Notes under the pieces: model-generated | What the model saw: the letters and a program-made list of their open reading frames with translations, nothing else | The model's database searches: none | Told to the model about the DNA's origin: nothing | Source of the DNA: Laetmonice hystrix | Taxonomy: Eukaryota | Direction: 5' to 3' | Length of the DNA stretch: 64,000 nt | NCBI GenBank assembly: GCA_965235115.1 | Contig: OZ249445.1 | Coordinates: 5,704,001-5,768,000, forward strand | Made by a program: the position numbers and the translations under genes | Part shown: piece by piece, positions 11,405 through 24,615 of the stretch | Position numbering within the stretch: the stretch's first letter is position 1 | Layout of the letters: every line of letters begins with the position of its first letter

Positions 11405-13614
11405 CAGGACTTCAATCAGTATTATACAGACGTTAGGAGGACGGCCAAACCTTGGACGATTATTGTGTTAATGAGTACAAGGTCAAACCAACCCTCGTGG
11501 AGCTCACAATTTAACCTATTGCAGAATACGAGGCCAATATAGTCAACAGACATCAGAGCATACAAGTATACACTGTGGTTTCTTTATATACCCGTAGTCG
11601 CCATGTGTGAGGGCGAAGTTATAATACTTGTAGTACAGGTAGTAGAGTTTTCTGTTGTCCACATCGACCAGCGGAACTTTGAAGATTGAGACGCGAGCAG
11701 AGAGGATCAAAAGGAATCAGTAAAGATATGAGAGGTCAGGAATGGCTGATCCGTTTTTCTCGAGATCCTAGGAAAGAAGACGAGGGAAGCAATTCAGGGC
11801 CTCATTCTTCCCAGGCAAATCGTCTCGGCCGACCAGGTCCTTCCGAATCGTTGGGTTTGGTAATAAAATATTAGGTAATAATGATACCGGCATCGTGCGG
11901 CAGAGGGCGCTTTGCGTAACGCCATGACGCTAAGATTGCTGAACGCCGACACAGTCCTTCCAGTCCGAGCACGTGGTGAATATACATGCGGACTTTTGAA
12001 AGGGATAATAATGTGCAGTATGTAGTATGTAGTATAGTATACCACTGATTTTACTGAAAATATGGTTGGGGCAGTCATTCATATGCATTGTAGTCGTATC
12101 CATTATCATATTTATGTAAAGACACGCATGCTAATATTGTACAGTATACAGTATTGTACAGTATACATAATTACAATGGGATGGTATGATGTTATTGTTA
12201 AAAGTTTATTTGGGTCGGACCCATGTGTTATAGATACAGTGACGGATACAGTCAACACGTTATTCAAATATATAGACAAAAATCCATCTGTATGTATATA
12301 AAAATGATGTAGATTGAGTAACCTCACAGCGCCGATCAAAGTGAGAAACCGCATATAGAGGTCTATTCGATATGACGAACCACAGCTGTGAACGGCTCGG
12401 AGCACTGATAATGTAATGAATGGAGACTGAAATAAATGATATTAGGTACGTCCGAGTCGGACGTCAGTGAAAGCATTGTCATGTTGGGTCGTGCCTCAGT
12501 CGTGCCTTGGGAAGAGCGTAGCCTTTGTTTGAAATGGGAAACATATGGGTTTATGTTGATATAAATCTATTATATCTGTATATTGCATTGAGAATTGTTT
12601 ACCTGTATTCATGGTTGGTTAGACACGACCCACCAGAACTTTACCCTTTGATATGACTGCTGGTTCACGGTCTGTTCACCGGGTATCCCAATGCCAGCCG
12701 CATGCTTCTGTTTTGACATATTAACATATTATAATGTGACCTACTTTTACAGGGGCCCCATACAGGGCAGGGGGTATGTAAGCAGTGGAAGCATTCCCGT
12801 AGGTATCTGTGTTTTACAGACATTTTTTAAAGACGTTTATTTAAGAGTTTGAAGAGAAGATTGAGGGGTGGAGAGGTGGGACTTGCCGTGTGTCCGTCCC
12901 GGTGTGTTGTGGGGCGGACTGCCGGTGATGGAGGGAGGAGGGGGAGGCCCACCCGGCCCTGCACACTGCTGCACGACCCACGCTTTGTTCGCTATCTTCA
13001 CTCGTATTGGCCGTCAGCAGAGAGTTCAGCCGAATCCGTAATTCCCTCTATTATGTATTATGATCAATATCGAAGGACGAGTTCCCACTTGGTGCGTATT
13101 TTGCATGCAGTGTGGGATCAAGGAGAGTGGGAAGAGCGTAGCCTTTGTTTGATTGAGCTGTAACTGACCGCTCTGACAGAGGTGTGACAGAAACACCGAA
13201 CGATTTGTGTGCAGAGACCAGGTGACTGAGCGGTTTCTGGTGATAGTTGAGTAGAGCGGGAGTCAGGGAGGAGGCCATATCCACAGCGTCCACACGCGGC
13301 CAGGGGTGCAATCTTCGTGAAGCCAGATCACCGAGTACGGAGACGTGGGAGTACCACGAGAAGGTTGCTCGCTGACCACTGGGTTCGAGCAGATCCCCCG
13401 CCGACCGACGGACGGTGAGAGGACGGGCACAGCCCGGAGAGACATCATGTAGAGGAAAGAGACGTCACGTACGGAGAGTAGGAGCTGTCAGACGTCGGCT
13501 TTACGGGCGGCCGTGTTCGGACGGAGGGATGAGGCACATTGGCTGGGCGTCATGTCGTATCCCAGCGACCCCAGGCCCGTGACCACTGCTAACGTTCAGT
13601 GACGGCCACCTCCT

Positions 13615-13812
13615 CTGATCTCAGCGACCAGGGTAAGTGTTCCTCTCACCGCGGATATAAGGCCTTGCACACTGTGCACTGATCTAAGTGACCAGGGTAA
13701 GTGTTCACTGACCGCGGATATAAGGCCTTGCACACTGACTGTGCACTGATCTCAGCGACCAGGGTAAGTGTTCTCTGACCGCGGATATAAGGCCTTGCAC
13801 ATGACTGTACAC
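13615..13812. repeat. ~65-bp tandem repeat x3, each carrying a consensus splice donor
   Basis: ACCAGG|GTAAGTG with GT at 13633, 13697, 13764. Confidence 0.85.
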
Positions 13813-14596
13813 ACACGTATAGAACGTGCCCCCTAATTCTCAATTATTATCTAGGACTAAGATCTATATACGGAAATTGCCGTGGAACAGACTAACGTCG
13901 GGGGCACTTGTCTTTCGGCCTATTTCTGTTGATTAAAAAGGCGCCTTCTTCCCAGAGATCCTTTTTTTCCTTGATTTTTTGAAGTGTCAAAGGAACTCCT
14001 ACCCCCCTTTCCTCGCGCGGTACCTCCCTGTGACATAATAAATAATTCGTCACCTAACAGTCTGTAGTCGGCTTTAGTTTTCAGGTGAGGGCGGGTGGAT
14101 GCGTCCGTTCTAATTAACCCAGTTTCCTTAATGAGGTTAACCAGGGGGCGGGGGTTGTGGGGCGGGTTTTGACACGGGATTCCCCCGGGGGTGAGGTCGA
14201 CAGGGTGCCAGGGCGTCCCTGGTCATGTCAGTAAACACGACGGGGTGACGGCGTGTTTGTCACACCACAACGAGCTGTCCACTTGTCCCATACTGACGTC
14301 TCTCACAATGAACGCCTGCGTCTCTCTCAATGAACGCCTGCGTCTCGCCAATGCACGCCAGTGTTATTTTTAAAACTGATGTAATTATTTAAACTCATCA
14401 TGATCGATTGCACCAGTTCCCAGGCCTATAGACAGGCCCATCGATTCTCTATAATATTACATTTTACCCAGCTATCTCCTGTCGTACAGCTCGGCGCCAA
14501 TACAATGTCGGGCTGAGGTTGACGGAACCCACGGACTAAACATAGACCGAACCCATGGCCATTTGATTTCCCAGGTTTCCCGATGGACAGCTAGCT

Positions 14597-14765
14597 CCCC
14601 ATAATAACATTTACATGAAATTTAGTGGCAAGAACTAAAATCGATCACAATCCCTAGCCCCAGACCTAAACCTAACCCTCAGTCCCAAGACCTCCACTCA
14701 TCCTATATCTCTAGCCTTGCCCCCAGCTGCTCCTAACCGTTACCCCTACCCAACTTCGTGGGGAA
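14597..14765 (+). mobile_element. Short element with degenerate CCCTAA-like core, same family as 40426-40655
   Basis: ccccataataac..catgaaattt...cctaaacctaaccct...ttcgtgggga resembles the reverse complement of 40445-40633. Confidence 0.45.
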
Positions 14766-17282
14766 CAGCAGACCAACCAACAGCAGTCCGACTCGTGTGT
14801 CATTGTGAGTGACACAAGTCTAGAAGGTGTGTCGGTATGGGACCGACCACCATGCACAGACCTACATTCACACAATGGTACGTCCTGCATGCATGCACAC
14901 GGCGTGCGTGGAGACAGGCCGACCGCGAGGAGCGTGCACGCGCGCGTTCACAGTGTCTACCCGCCATCAGGTCATGTCCGTGCAGGACGCGTGCAGTGTC
15001 TACGTGCCAGCGTACCTCGTCTACAGACCCTACCATCTGACGGCAAACTTCCCACCGTAAGCCGGATCAGTGTAGAGGCCCGTTTTTATCAACCATATTA
15101 TAGGCTCATTGGAGTTGCACTCTAGTCAATAAAAGATATACTGAATCACAAAGTATATATATTGTTGGGGTGGGGTTCCACATGTCAATACGGGGAAATC
15201 CCAGTACCAGTGCGAGCTGGGTGTCACCATTATTAACGGCTACAGAAGGGGATTGATTCTGACTGTGTTCTAGTCTGTCTATGGGGCATTGAAATCCGGT
15301 CACACAACGTCTAAGGTTAATAAGTACGCCGCGTGATAACTCGCTATCTGGGCAGAGTCCTAATCCGGCAGAAACACTGTGATTGTCTGCGGAAAGGACT
15401 GGATGCAAGCACGGCTGACGACTGGTATCAGGAGTTGTGGAAGCTGAGGTATGGTTAGCTGGGGCCATATACCCCCAGCAGCTATGGTATTAATGCCATA
15501 TTGCATGCCGGCACTAGGTAATACTATAGGACCTAGACCTATAATAATGGGACAATCATCGAACTAAGATTGCGTGTGGAACCCTATTATAAACCTAGAT
15601 GATATTATGTTGTTGGTGATTGAGTTTGTATCCTTCAAATTCAGTCTCAAAATCACAGGCTGTTGGAGCATTCTATATGGTCGTTGATACGGAGAGGCGG
15701 GAAGGGTATCGTAAGGCTGGTTGGGGTGGCATAAAAAGGGGTGGCCCCTAACGCATAGATAATCAGAATAAAGCTTATTCCTTTATTAAAATAGCCCCCC
15801 CCCCCCCCTCCCCGCCGAGTGCGGGGCCTTGTCTGTGCTGGGGGCCTTGTCATGACGGTCGTGATGCCCGGGATAAAGTAGTATAGTGAAAGTGACGTTG
15901 TATGAGGGCAGCCAGCCTGCGGACGGCGCGCTGTACGTACGACGGCCGGCCCCTCGAGGTATATCATTGAATTAATCACGTGAAACATGTAACCTTCCTC
16001 ATCTTGATTACCTACTTTCCTGACCTAACATATCGGATGATAATTTGTGTAGGCTGCAGGGACCGTGGTATCCACCACTTCCCATGGTCTCCGTCACGCA
16101 GTCAGTCGGCGTACACGGTGATAATTGTGGCGGTATTGATAGCCCTGCCAACACGGTCCACCGAACAGTGTGGGTACAGGCGGTACCTTTCTATTATTAA
16201 TGACGGCTAGTCACGGCCCCACACCACCAGGTGGCGTCCTTACAGCCTCACCTACAGGTACCAAAACCGTACCCTGTTATTGCTGGCCCGAGGCGTCCCG
16301 TTCACACATCTATATTAATGTCCTGTTAAAGACATTATCGATCTGGTCGTTCCTTATGTTACATGTCTCTCAACCAAAGTTTGTGATTGTCAGTAACACG
16401 AGTGAACCACTTCTTCAGCACGCCTTACGTAGGCCTAATGGGTCTATAGGTGGTGAAGTTATTCTGACTTAGGGCATAAGAGTGTCAGGCACTTCAAAAC
16501 ATCTCAAGTCATGACGTTTGTTCATACTAAAGTTTGGAGTCGAACCGAAACTTCTTCGGTTTTTTCCTTCTGACAGTACGAACTCTAAACTTCTCAAAGA
16601 CGAATTCCACAACTGATAATACTTTTGATCGTCGTCAGCCTGAAAGTCTAAAGCCACAATCGACCAGACTTTGGACTAAACGAGACTTTTTTTGTGAATT
16701 CATATGCACATCGCCTCTTTAGAAATTTATGTAACACAAAAATATATCTAAAAATCCCCCCCCCCCTTTCACCACGTGACATCCATGTGCTGGATCAGCC
16801 AAACTAGTCATGCCTGCACCGAGTGACCTTTATGCAAATTAGCTCCATAATGGCGGTGGCAGCGTTCTTCAGAGATGGAGCCTGTCCCCAGCTCCCCAAC
16901 CCCTCCCCTTCAACCCTTACACCGTCAATGTACTGTCTCTGTAGGTCACATATTACAGATATTTTGAAGAAAAATTAGATTTGTAATGGAACCTCTCCCA
17001 TGACACGCGTGACAACGATTAACAATGCATCGTGGCAAACTAGAATGAATCTGATCGTGCGAGTATTTCCAGATCCAGGTCCCTACTCATTACACTCGTC
17101 ATCCCTAAATACATAGTGCTTTTTATTTGATTTATTTAGCCACCTTTAACCGGTATGAGATCGGTATATATGTAAGCAGTCCGATCTTGTCGTCATGTTC
17201 CTGTCCACACACGGATTGACTCTCGGCTCCGGTTGGTTTGTTCCAGTGGACGGACTCTCCTTACCCCATGCGTATCGCGGCC

Positions 17283-20200
17283 ATGGAGCACTACCTGCCC
17301 CACTACACCCACCAGCGCCCACGGCCCAAACACGGCACCGTGCGGCTGGCGGCTGTCTTCGTCGAGAGTGGCACGGCCCGGCTCATCTCGGAGGAAGAGG
17401 CGGTGCACTGCCCGGACAGTCCGTTCCCGGCGCCGTCAGCCCTCCGGCGGCCGAGGGCCTCCCGCCGGCTTGTCAAACACATGGAACCGCGGGGTCACAC
17501 CCGGGTCAGGCCGCGCATCTGTGAGGGGCACAACTTGAGGAGAAGTCTGCGCGGGCACTTGGTCCGCCACATGCTGGTGTACCTCACACTATTCGGGGTC
17601 CTGGTGGGCCTGGCGCTCGGCTTCGCACTCCGACCTGTCCGGCCCTCCGACAACACCCTCGTCTGGCTAGGTGAGCGTGGCAATCAATTTCTTGTAATGG
17701 TCTTGTATGTTCTTGGCAAATATCAAGGCAGAAAAATGACTGCTTTAAGATTGAGCTAAAGCTGTTGTGGGCCTATATCAAATAGTTTTATGTTAAATCC
17801 CTGAGGTCATAGCTTAGAAACAAGGCAAGGAAGGGAAAGCCCGTACTACAAGCTATAAATGCCTCACCAAATCATGTCTTGGTTTCCATTCCTGCCGCCA
17901 GGATTCCCCGGGTATCTCTTCCTACGCCTGCTCCAGATGATGATCGTCCCTCTCGTGCTCACGTCAATCATTTCCGGTAGGTTCCGTGAGTGCGTGGCGT
18001 TCATGTCGTGTCCCCGGGGCCAGTGGTTGCCACGGTGACGGTGGCCCCATGGTCTCCTATTTTTAAAGCTGTTCAATTGCTAGGGTTACCGTTGTATGTG
18101 CCCCTTTGTACATGTCTGTCTTTCATGGTAAGTTATAGAATCGTATATATCTTTCGATTTCCGTCATTGTATCTTAGCATGTGTCTCTTTTCCATGGCAA
18201 CAATATATTTCAGGGACAGCTAGTCTGGACGTGCGATCGTGCGGTAAGATTGGTCTAGTCGGCTTCATCTTCATCGTGCTCACCAACATCCTGGGCACTG
18301 CCCTCGGCCTCGTTCTGGCTCTCCTCACCACCCCCGGTACGTCTCAAACACCCCTGGTGCAGGTTTTAATCGGCCCTGGACCTGGGTCTTCAAAACGGAC
18401 GCTTATGATTGGCTGGTTTCGATCAGCCAATCAGAGGCATTCAATTTAAGCTGAAGCAAGAGCTTAGGATCCGAGAAACCGGAGCTGGAATACTAGTTCA
18501 ACGTTCACTTTCAGGCTTAACGAAGATCACCACATTTCGTAGTATTTTAAGAACAGTCCTGGCCGTTTATAAAAGGCGGTCCATCACATTTCATTTATTA
18601 ACGTTGATAAGTTATCGATAATAATAAACCATTTAAGGTTACTCCAGACCTCTTGGACAGACTAAAGCCTACTGTGCACTGTTCTTTATAACTCACACCA
18701 ACGTCTACCCTGCAGGTTACGACCTATTGGACCAATCAAGTGCCTTGAAATCACTGGACTCCAAAAAAGCACAAGATATCATAGCAGATTTTCTACGGTG
18801 AGAATGGCCAGCCTCTTCGCTCCATGCGTTTGTCTTGTCTCGTACTGTTATAACTGGATTCTGTTTCTATCATTAATTCAGACGTGAATTAACAAGCGTT
18901 GCATGCACGTTGCACTCGTCTGTCCACATTGACAACCGTCCAGTATTATGTTTAAATGTTTATTGATGTATTGATCTCACAATGCGCCTACAAATACCAT
19001 CTTGTTTTAATATTTGCAGTAACATGATTCCCGATAACATTGTTCTGGCTACAATACGACAGGTAGGCCCAGGCAGCATTCTTTCTTTTATGAACTAAAA
19101 TTCAACTGTCCAACAGTGTCCAAATATTCTAGATTTAGATCAGGGAATAAACTCAGTAGTTTGTTTGTCTCTCTTCTTCCTGTTACTCTTGCTCTCTTTC
19201 TGTTTTTTCTTCTAGAACCCTTCCCCTGTTTCCCCCTATCATTCTAATACTGAAGGTCAAAATGGTCAGACTAAAAGTTGACGCTGACCGCTGACCGCTG
19301 ACTGCTGGCCACTGATTGCTGACCACTGATTGCTGACTGCTGACCACTGATTACTAACCACATGCCGTTTCTTGCAGACCCAGACGGAGTACCTCCCTCT
19401 GGAAGCCGCCCGTTCTCTCAACACCACGGCCGGGGTAACGGTCGAGGCACCCGTTCTCCTCCGCTCTACCGTCGGCTACGTCGACTCCACCAACGTACTC
19501 GGTAAGATATCACTTTGCTAAATTCCGCTCGTTCATATACGCGTCCGTCGTGCAGATTGAAGGCTCAAGAACTTTTGAAAGTTTCTCAGGAAGTCGCAAG
19601 TTAGTTATTCTTCAACACAATAACAAATTCTTTGGGCGCTGGTTTTCACATCTCCGGCTTCAGTGAACCGAGTACAGCGTTTACATAGATCCGTCTTGCA
19701 GAACCTTTAAAGCAATCAGCGAGTCTCTCATTATAGTGACTCGAAAATACAGACATGGACTGTTCAGTTAGATAAAGCCTTAGATTACATAAATCAATGT
19801 TTACCCACAAAAATGGAGAAATCTACTGAAACTCAACATTCTAGTTGCCCGTTCTCGCCATGAAGCGAACGGCTCATTTCTGGTTGTTGACCTGGCATTA
19901 ACTTTAAGAGCCAATGAAATTAATTGGTTCACCGTCCGATGAGTTTAATTGGCTGTTCAAGTCAATGCCAGGACAACGATTACTTACCATTTACTGTTAT
20001 GTACTGATCAGCGGGGATTCCCATTGTGTATGACGAAAATGACGCGCGTTCCAGGTCTGGCGTGCTTCGCTCTCCTCGTCGGCATAGCAACAAGTTTGAG
20101 CGGTGACGCGGGCAAACCATTCCTGACAGGAATACGATCTCTGACAGAAATCATCTTCATCATCCTCCGATGGATTCTATGGTAGGTCAACTACATTTCT

Positions 20201-21755
20201 GTCAGAGTAGGCCTTAGGGCTACGGAAACCATTGGAATGATAAAATAAAACAACAAAGGGGCAATCAGCCCTGTTTTATTTGGGCTTACTCATTTTCCGT
20301 CTTATGGTAGATGAGCTGTCTCGAATGTCATACAAGAACTTTGCTGAGAGAGATCTTCCATGTAAAGTTGCCAGTTATGGCGCCATAGTTGTTGTGATTT
20401 CATAAACTGGCGTCTATTCGTGTGACAGGAGTGCGCCGGTCGGTATCACGAGTCTGATCGCAGCGTCCGTGGCGTCCGTCTCCCAGGTGGAGCCACCGTT
20501 CATCAAGTTGGTCATGTTGGTCGTCACGGTGGTAACCGGGCTTGTCCTCCAGCAGGTGCTCGTCTACCCCATCCTTTACGCCGCCTTCACCAGGAGGAAC
20601 CCACTGACCTTCTACCGGGACCTGGCCAGCGCCTGGGGCGTCTCCTGGGCCTCCGCATCCACGTGAGTCACATGACGAAGTTGTTCAAATTTAAAACCTT
20701 GTCGCTGACAACGCATAATGTCAGGAGAGTAGGAAACCACCATGGATTATGTTCTAGAACGAGGATTTAAACAAGTAGACTATAGACCCTACTATATAAC
20801 TAAATACCTGGATATATTATGGCAGCCCTATAGACCTACAGAAGATAACTGTCCTACAAATGTAATTTTAAGAAAGAGAATTTTCCTTCTCTTTACTTTT
20901 CTCTAGAGCCATCGCCATGCCGGAGCTATACAAGGGTCTGGACGCGCAGACCGTCGACAAGAGGGTGTCAAGATTCCTGGTCCCGCTAGGTGTCACCACC
21001 AGCGCCGACGGCAGCGTCTGTTTCCTTGCGGCCGGCGTTCTCTTTCTGGCTCAGATGGCCGGCAGGCAGCTCGACTTCGGTCAGGTCCTCACTGTCGGGT
21101 CAGTTACACTTCCGGGATCTTTGCGTTTCATGGCCAACAACGTGGCAAGCAACACTGGCATTGACCCACCCACTCACTCTCGTATTCACGTGTTTTAGGG
21201 TTGTGACGTCACTCTCTGGACTCGCTCTCCCGGCGGTACCTGGGGCGTCACTCGTCATGCTTGTCGTCATTGTGACGTCACTCAGTATCCCAGCCAGAAA
21301 TATCGGTCTTCTCTTCATTGTGGAATGGTTCCTGTAGGTAGATTTCTCTATACAACGACCTTTAAGCGAGTTAGCAGTTGCTAAAATCACTTGCAAAAGC
21401 CTATGTCCAATTTAATTAAGCAGAGTAGAAGTCGAGACCCTCTGCTTGCATTCTCACTAACCCTCACCCCCAGTAGGCCTATCCGTCAAGGCGTTTCACT
21501 GGGCCGTAGTCGTGGTCGTGTCATAGGCTGACTAATGTTTTTCATGATGAACTCGTTCATGGCGCATGTTTCAGCGACAAGATGCGGACGACGAGTAACG
21601 TAATGAGCGTGGCGGTCGGGGCGGCTGTGACGTCACACCTCTGTCAGGAACAGTTACAGAGACTGGACGCCCGCGAGATCGAGGAAATCGAGTCGACGCC
21701 AGACACGGGCACAACTGACCTGACCAGTATGACGGACGTCAAGGAGCTGGCCTGA
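17283..21755 (+). CDS. Divergent SLC1 (EAAT/ASCT, dicarboxylate/amino acid:cation symporter) family transporter, ~567 aa
   Basis: Exons 17283(gccATGg; alternative in-frame ATG 17268; acceptor just before 17247)-17670, 17902-17976, 18214-18336, 18716-18797, 19020-19062, 19378-19501, 20055-20181, 20429-20662, 20907-21098, 21199-21333, 21575-21755 (TGA); 1704 nt, no internal stop. Family motifs: FPGYLFLRLLQMMIVPL, ASLDVRSCGKIG, DFLRNMIPDNIV, VDKRVSRFLVPLG, FLAQ, EWFLDKMRTTSNV. Start codon uncertain. Confidence 0.92.
19283..19359. repeat. 7-bp tandem array (11 units) of branch-point-like motifs upstream of an SLC1 acceptor
   Basis: gctgacc/gctgact/actgatt units ending in actaacc, 18 nt before the acceptor at 19377. 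Confidence 0.85.
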
Positions 21756-23435
21756 CCCCGCCCCACAACCAACCGTTGATGTCGTCACGGGGTCAATGGG
21801 TCAGCAGGAGCCCGTGTTCTCAAACACCCTCAGGTTACCAGCCAATAGATCTAGGCCTATCTAGGCCTATCTAGGCCTGCAGGTGCACAAACATTTTCTT
21901 GGGGTAGGCCTACTAGGACTATATAAGGGAATATTACCCTCCCACTATACACTCTGTCAACTAATTAATGTCTTGGCTGACCTTCAAAAACGCCAATCAC
22001 GCACATCGTTTATTCCTGCCGTGACCTTGAAGTTGATGTGCCCAGATATCTACTTGAACCCCAAAACAGTAGTCCTATAGGCCTAACGTTCAAAAGTTCA
22101 TGAGGTTTCCAGGATGTTGAGATAGAACCACAAAACACGGATAGGCTACAATAGGCCTAGGGGCCTATAGGCCTAGGCTCTACCTGCATGACGTATCAAG
22201 GCCTAGGGCCTCGGCTTAGGCCTACATAGCTCCTCTATCTTGTATCCCACTGACACGATGTGCTCAATGAATCAAGAATATACCGAGATGAAGGGTCTAG
22301 GGTCTGGATCAATGACCACACTCAGATCACGTGCTCAGTTGGTCCAAGACAAAGAACCTAGCGAAATACAAGGCCCACCTAGGCCTACGTGTTTAAATTA
22401 TGAAACTATACAACCTGACACTCGATGTACTCGATGCTTCAAATGCCTATGATGCGTCAAAAAAATCTTGAACAAGGAAAGCGTATCCACAATGACCCAA
22501 CGTTCTCAACGTAGAACCAGATGTATTTGTAAAATACATCTGGTTTGGATACATAGAAACATACATGTACTTGATGCAAGGGGCCATGGCTCTAGCATTA
22601 AGGTACCAGTAGGCCTGCTTCATTTGAAGAGTGTAATCAGAATTTTTGAGTGGACAAAGTAAAGGCCCTTTTTTAGGAACGGCTGGAACGGAGAATAATT
22701 TTTTATACTTTAAGTTTACAAAGTAAGTAGAAGACACAAAAGTGTTCCCAGGGAATTTCTACAACCTCATATCATCGTTGTTGCAGCTATTAAGATATGC
22801 ATGCTATAGAAATGTAACAATTTATTGGAAACAATAATAATTATGGCAGGTATGAAAATGGTGCTGTTAAAAAACAAAACAAAAAATCATGCCTTTAGGG
22901 TCCGTATATGCAAAATACTTGTTTGGGCCTTAGCGGGTGTTACACCGTATATAATGTAACTTGATTCGTCCACCAATAATAATATTATCGGTTAAGGGCC
23001 TAGGATAGTGTAAATATGACGAGAATCAGCCTAGAATTGTACGTCATTATAGTCGATTAATCTGTGGATGAGCCAGTTGCTACAGTCAACATCATACCAG
23101 ATAAACTGTGGGTTTCTGCCGAGTAGATGGGGTACCAGATTATGCCAATTCATGGAGTCCAAACGGACTGCTCTCCTGTCCGTACGGGGGTAGGCCTGTC
23201 CGTCAGCATACCAGCAACATGTTATTGCTTACAGCCTGCACTGGTCACACCATATTAGCAACATGTTATTGCTTACAGCCTGCATGCACGCCTCGGTGTA
23301 ATTGTACTTAATGAGCGGTTATTTCGTGTAATAATGTGCGACTAATTATGATAAGGCTTAATTAGCATAGGTTGGATATCGCGGGGTCTACAGAGATGTT
23401 GACAGTACTCACAAGATCTCAGGACGACCCGATGT

Positions 23436-23529
23436 GTATAGATTGGCGAGGGGACCGTATGAGCCGTATAGATTGGCGAGGAGACCGTATGAGCCGTATA
23501 GATTGGCGAGGGGACCGTATGAGCCGTAT
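23436..23529. repeat. 30-bp tandem repeat x3
   Basis: tatagattggcgaggrgaccgtatgagccg. Confidence 0.85.
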
Positions 23530-24615
23530 CTTATCTGTTGTCTGTATTGCAGGATCTAAATGCCCAGATGTATGGTGAAACAGTACCTTTGTGATATTGT
23601 GCCGCATAATGTAAGTCGTAATTTTTGTCTGAGAACTTTACTGAAGGTATATGCTCTTGGATACTGAAACCACTTTGTCAGAACAACACATTACAATTTA
23701 CAAGCCTTCACAAATACGCCCAGTCCCAGATGAAGTTAGCCTAAACGTTACCTTGATATAATATGACATAAAACTCTTGAGGTAGTATAAAAAATTAATC
23801 TCTGATGATAATATTTATGGTTGATATTTAAGCTAGCATCCGGAGCAACAAATCAACTGTAATTCAGATACAGTACACCCTACATTTTGTGATTGAACGA
23901 TGATACATAAAGATACAATTGAGGCAGAGTCGAGCAAAAGTCTGACATTGCATGGCTATATAGGCCTGGCCGAACAGTGAATGGAGAGTAAGGCCTTGTC
24001 GTGTCTAGTCGCACGTACAATCAGTGTGTGTAGATAGTAAGCAGCGAGTGTTAGCTAGTAGACGCTACCCTGTGGAAGTCCGTCAAGGGTCCCGCCATTT
24101 TATATTTACGTCTTGAACATGTCGTCATCAGTCACAGTGACACCTTACACCACAGCATGGCCTGGAGACCACCTGCCTGTACCACTCATTCAGGAAATAT
24201 CCAGTTTATTTTCTTTTTTTCTTTTTTTCAGAATCTTCTTTTGCCATTTTGGCACAGAATAAACTTACTTTTGAAAAGAAATTGAGTGCTTTTTAAACTA
24301 AAACAATGGATGCAAAGTAGCAGCACAACAAAATGAATAGATTAAAGGACGATTTAATGGTTGTTTACATTATGCAAATGTCATTTTCAAAAGAAGTCGA
24401 CATTAATAAAAGAAATGGCGAAAGTTCCCCTCCAACCAAAGTGTCGATGGCGATACATTGATTGCCGCGCCCCCTAATGGGTGCTGTAAACACCACTATA
24501 TGACGCTTTCCGGATTTATAAGCTGGTTCTCGGCTTCCTCGCTTGGGGGCTCTGTGGTCGACCCGAGTAGGAGCTGGGACTGCCTACTGAATGTTGACTG
24601 TCATCATTAGGCCTA

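Noticed and set aside
12303-12409. Box C/D snoRNA (ATGATGT...CTGA)
   Set aside because: Imperfect C box, no terminal stem, no recognisable rRNA guide, not in a clear host intron.
24120-24299. Short ORF after a CCGCCATTTT motif as a small gene
   Set aside because: About 59 codons running into low-complexity T-rich sequence; no homology or splice support.
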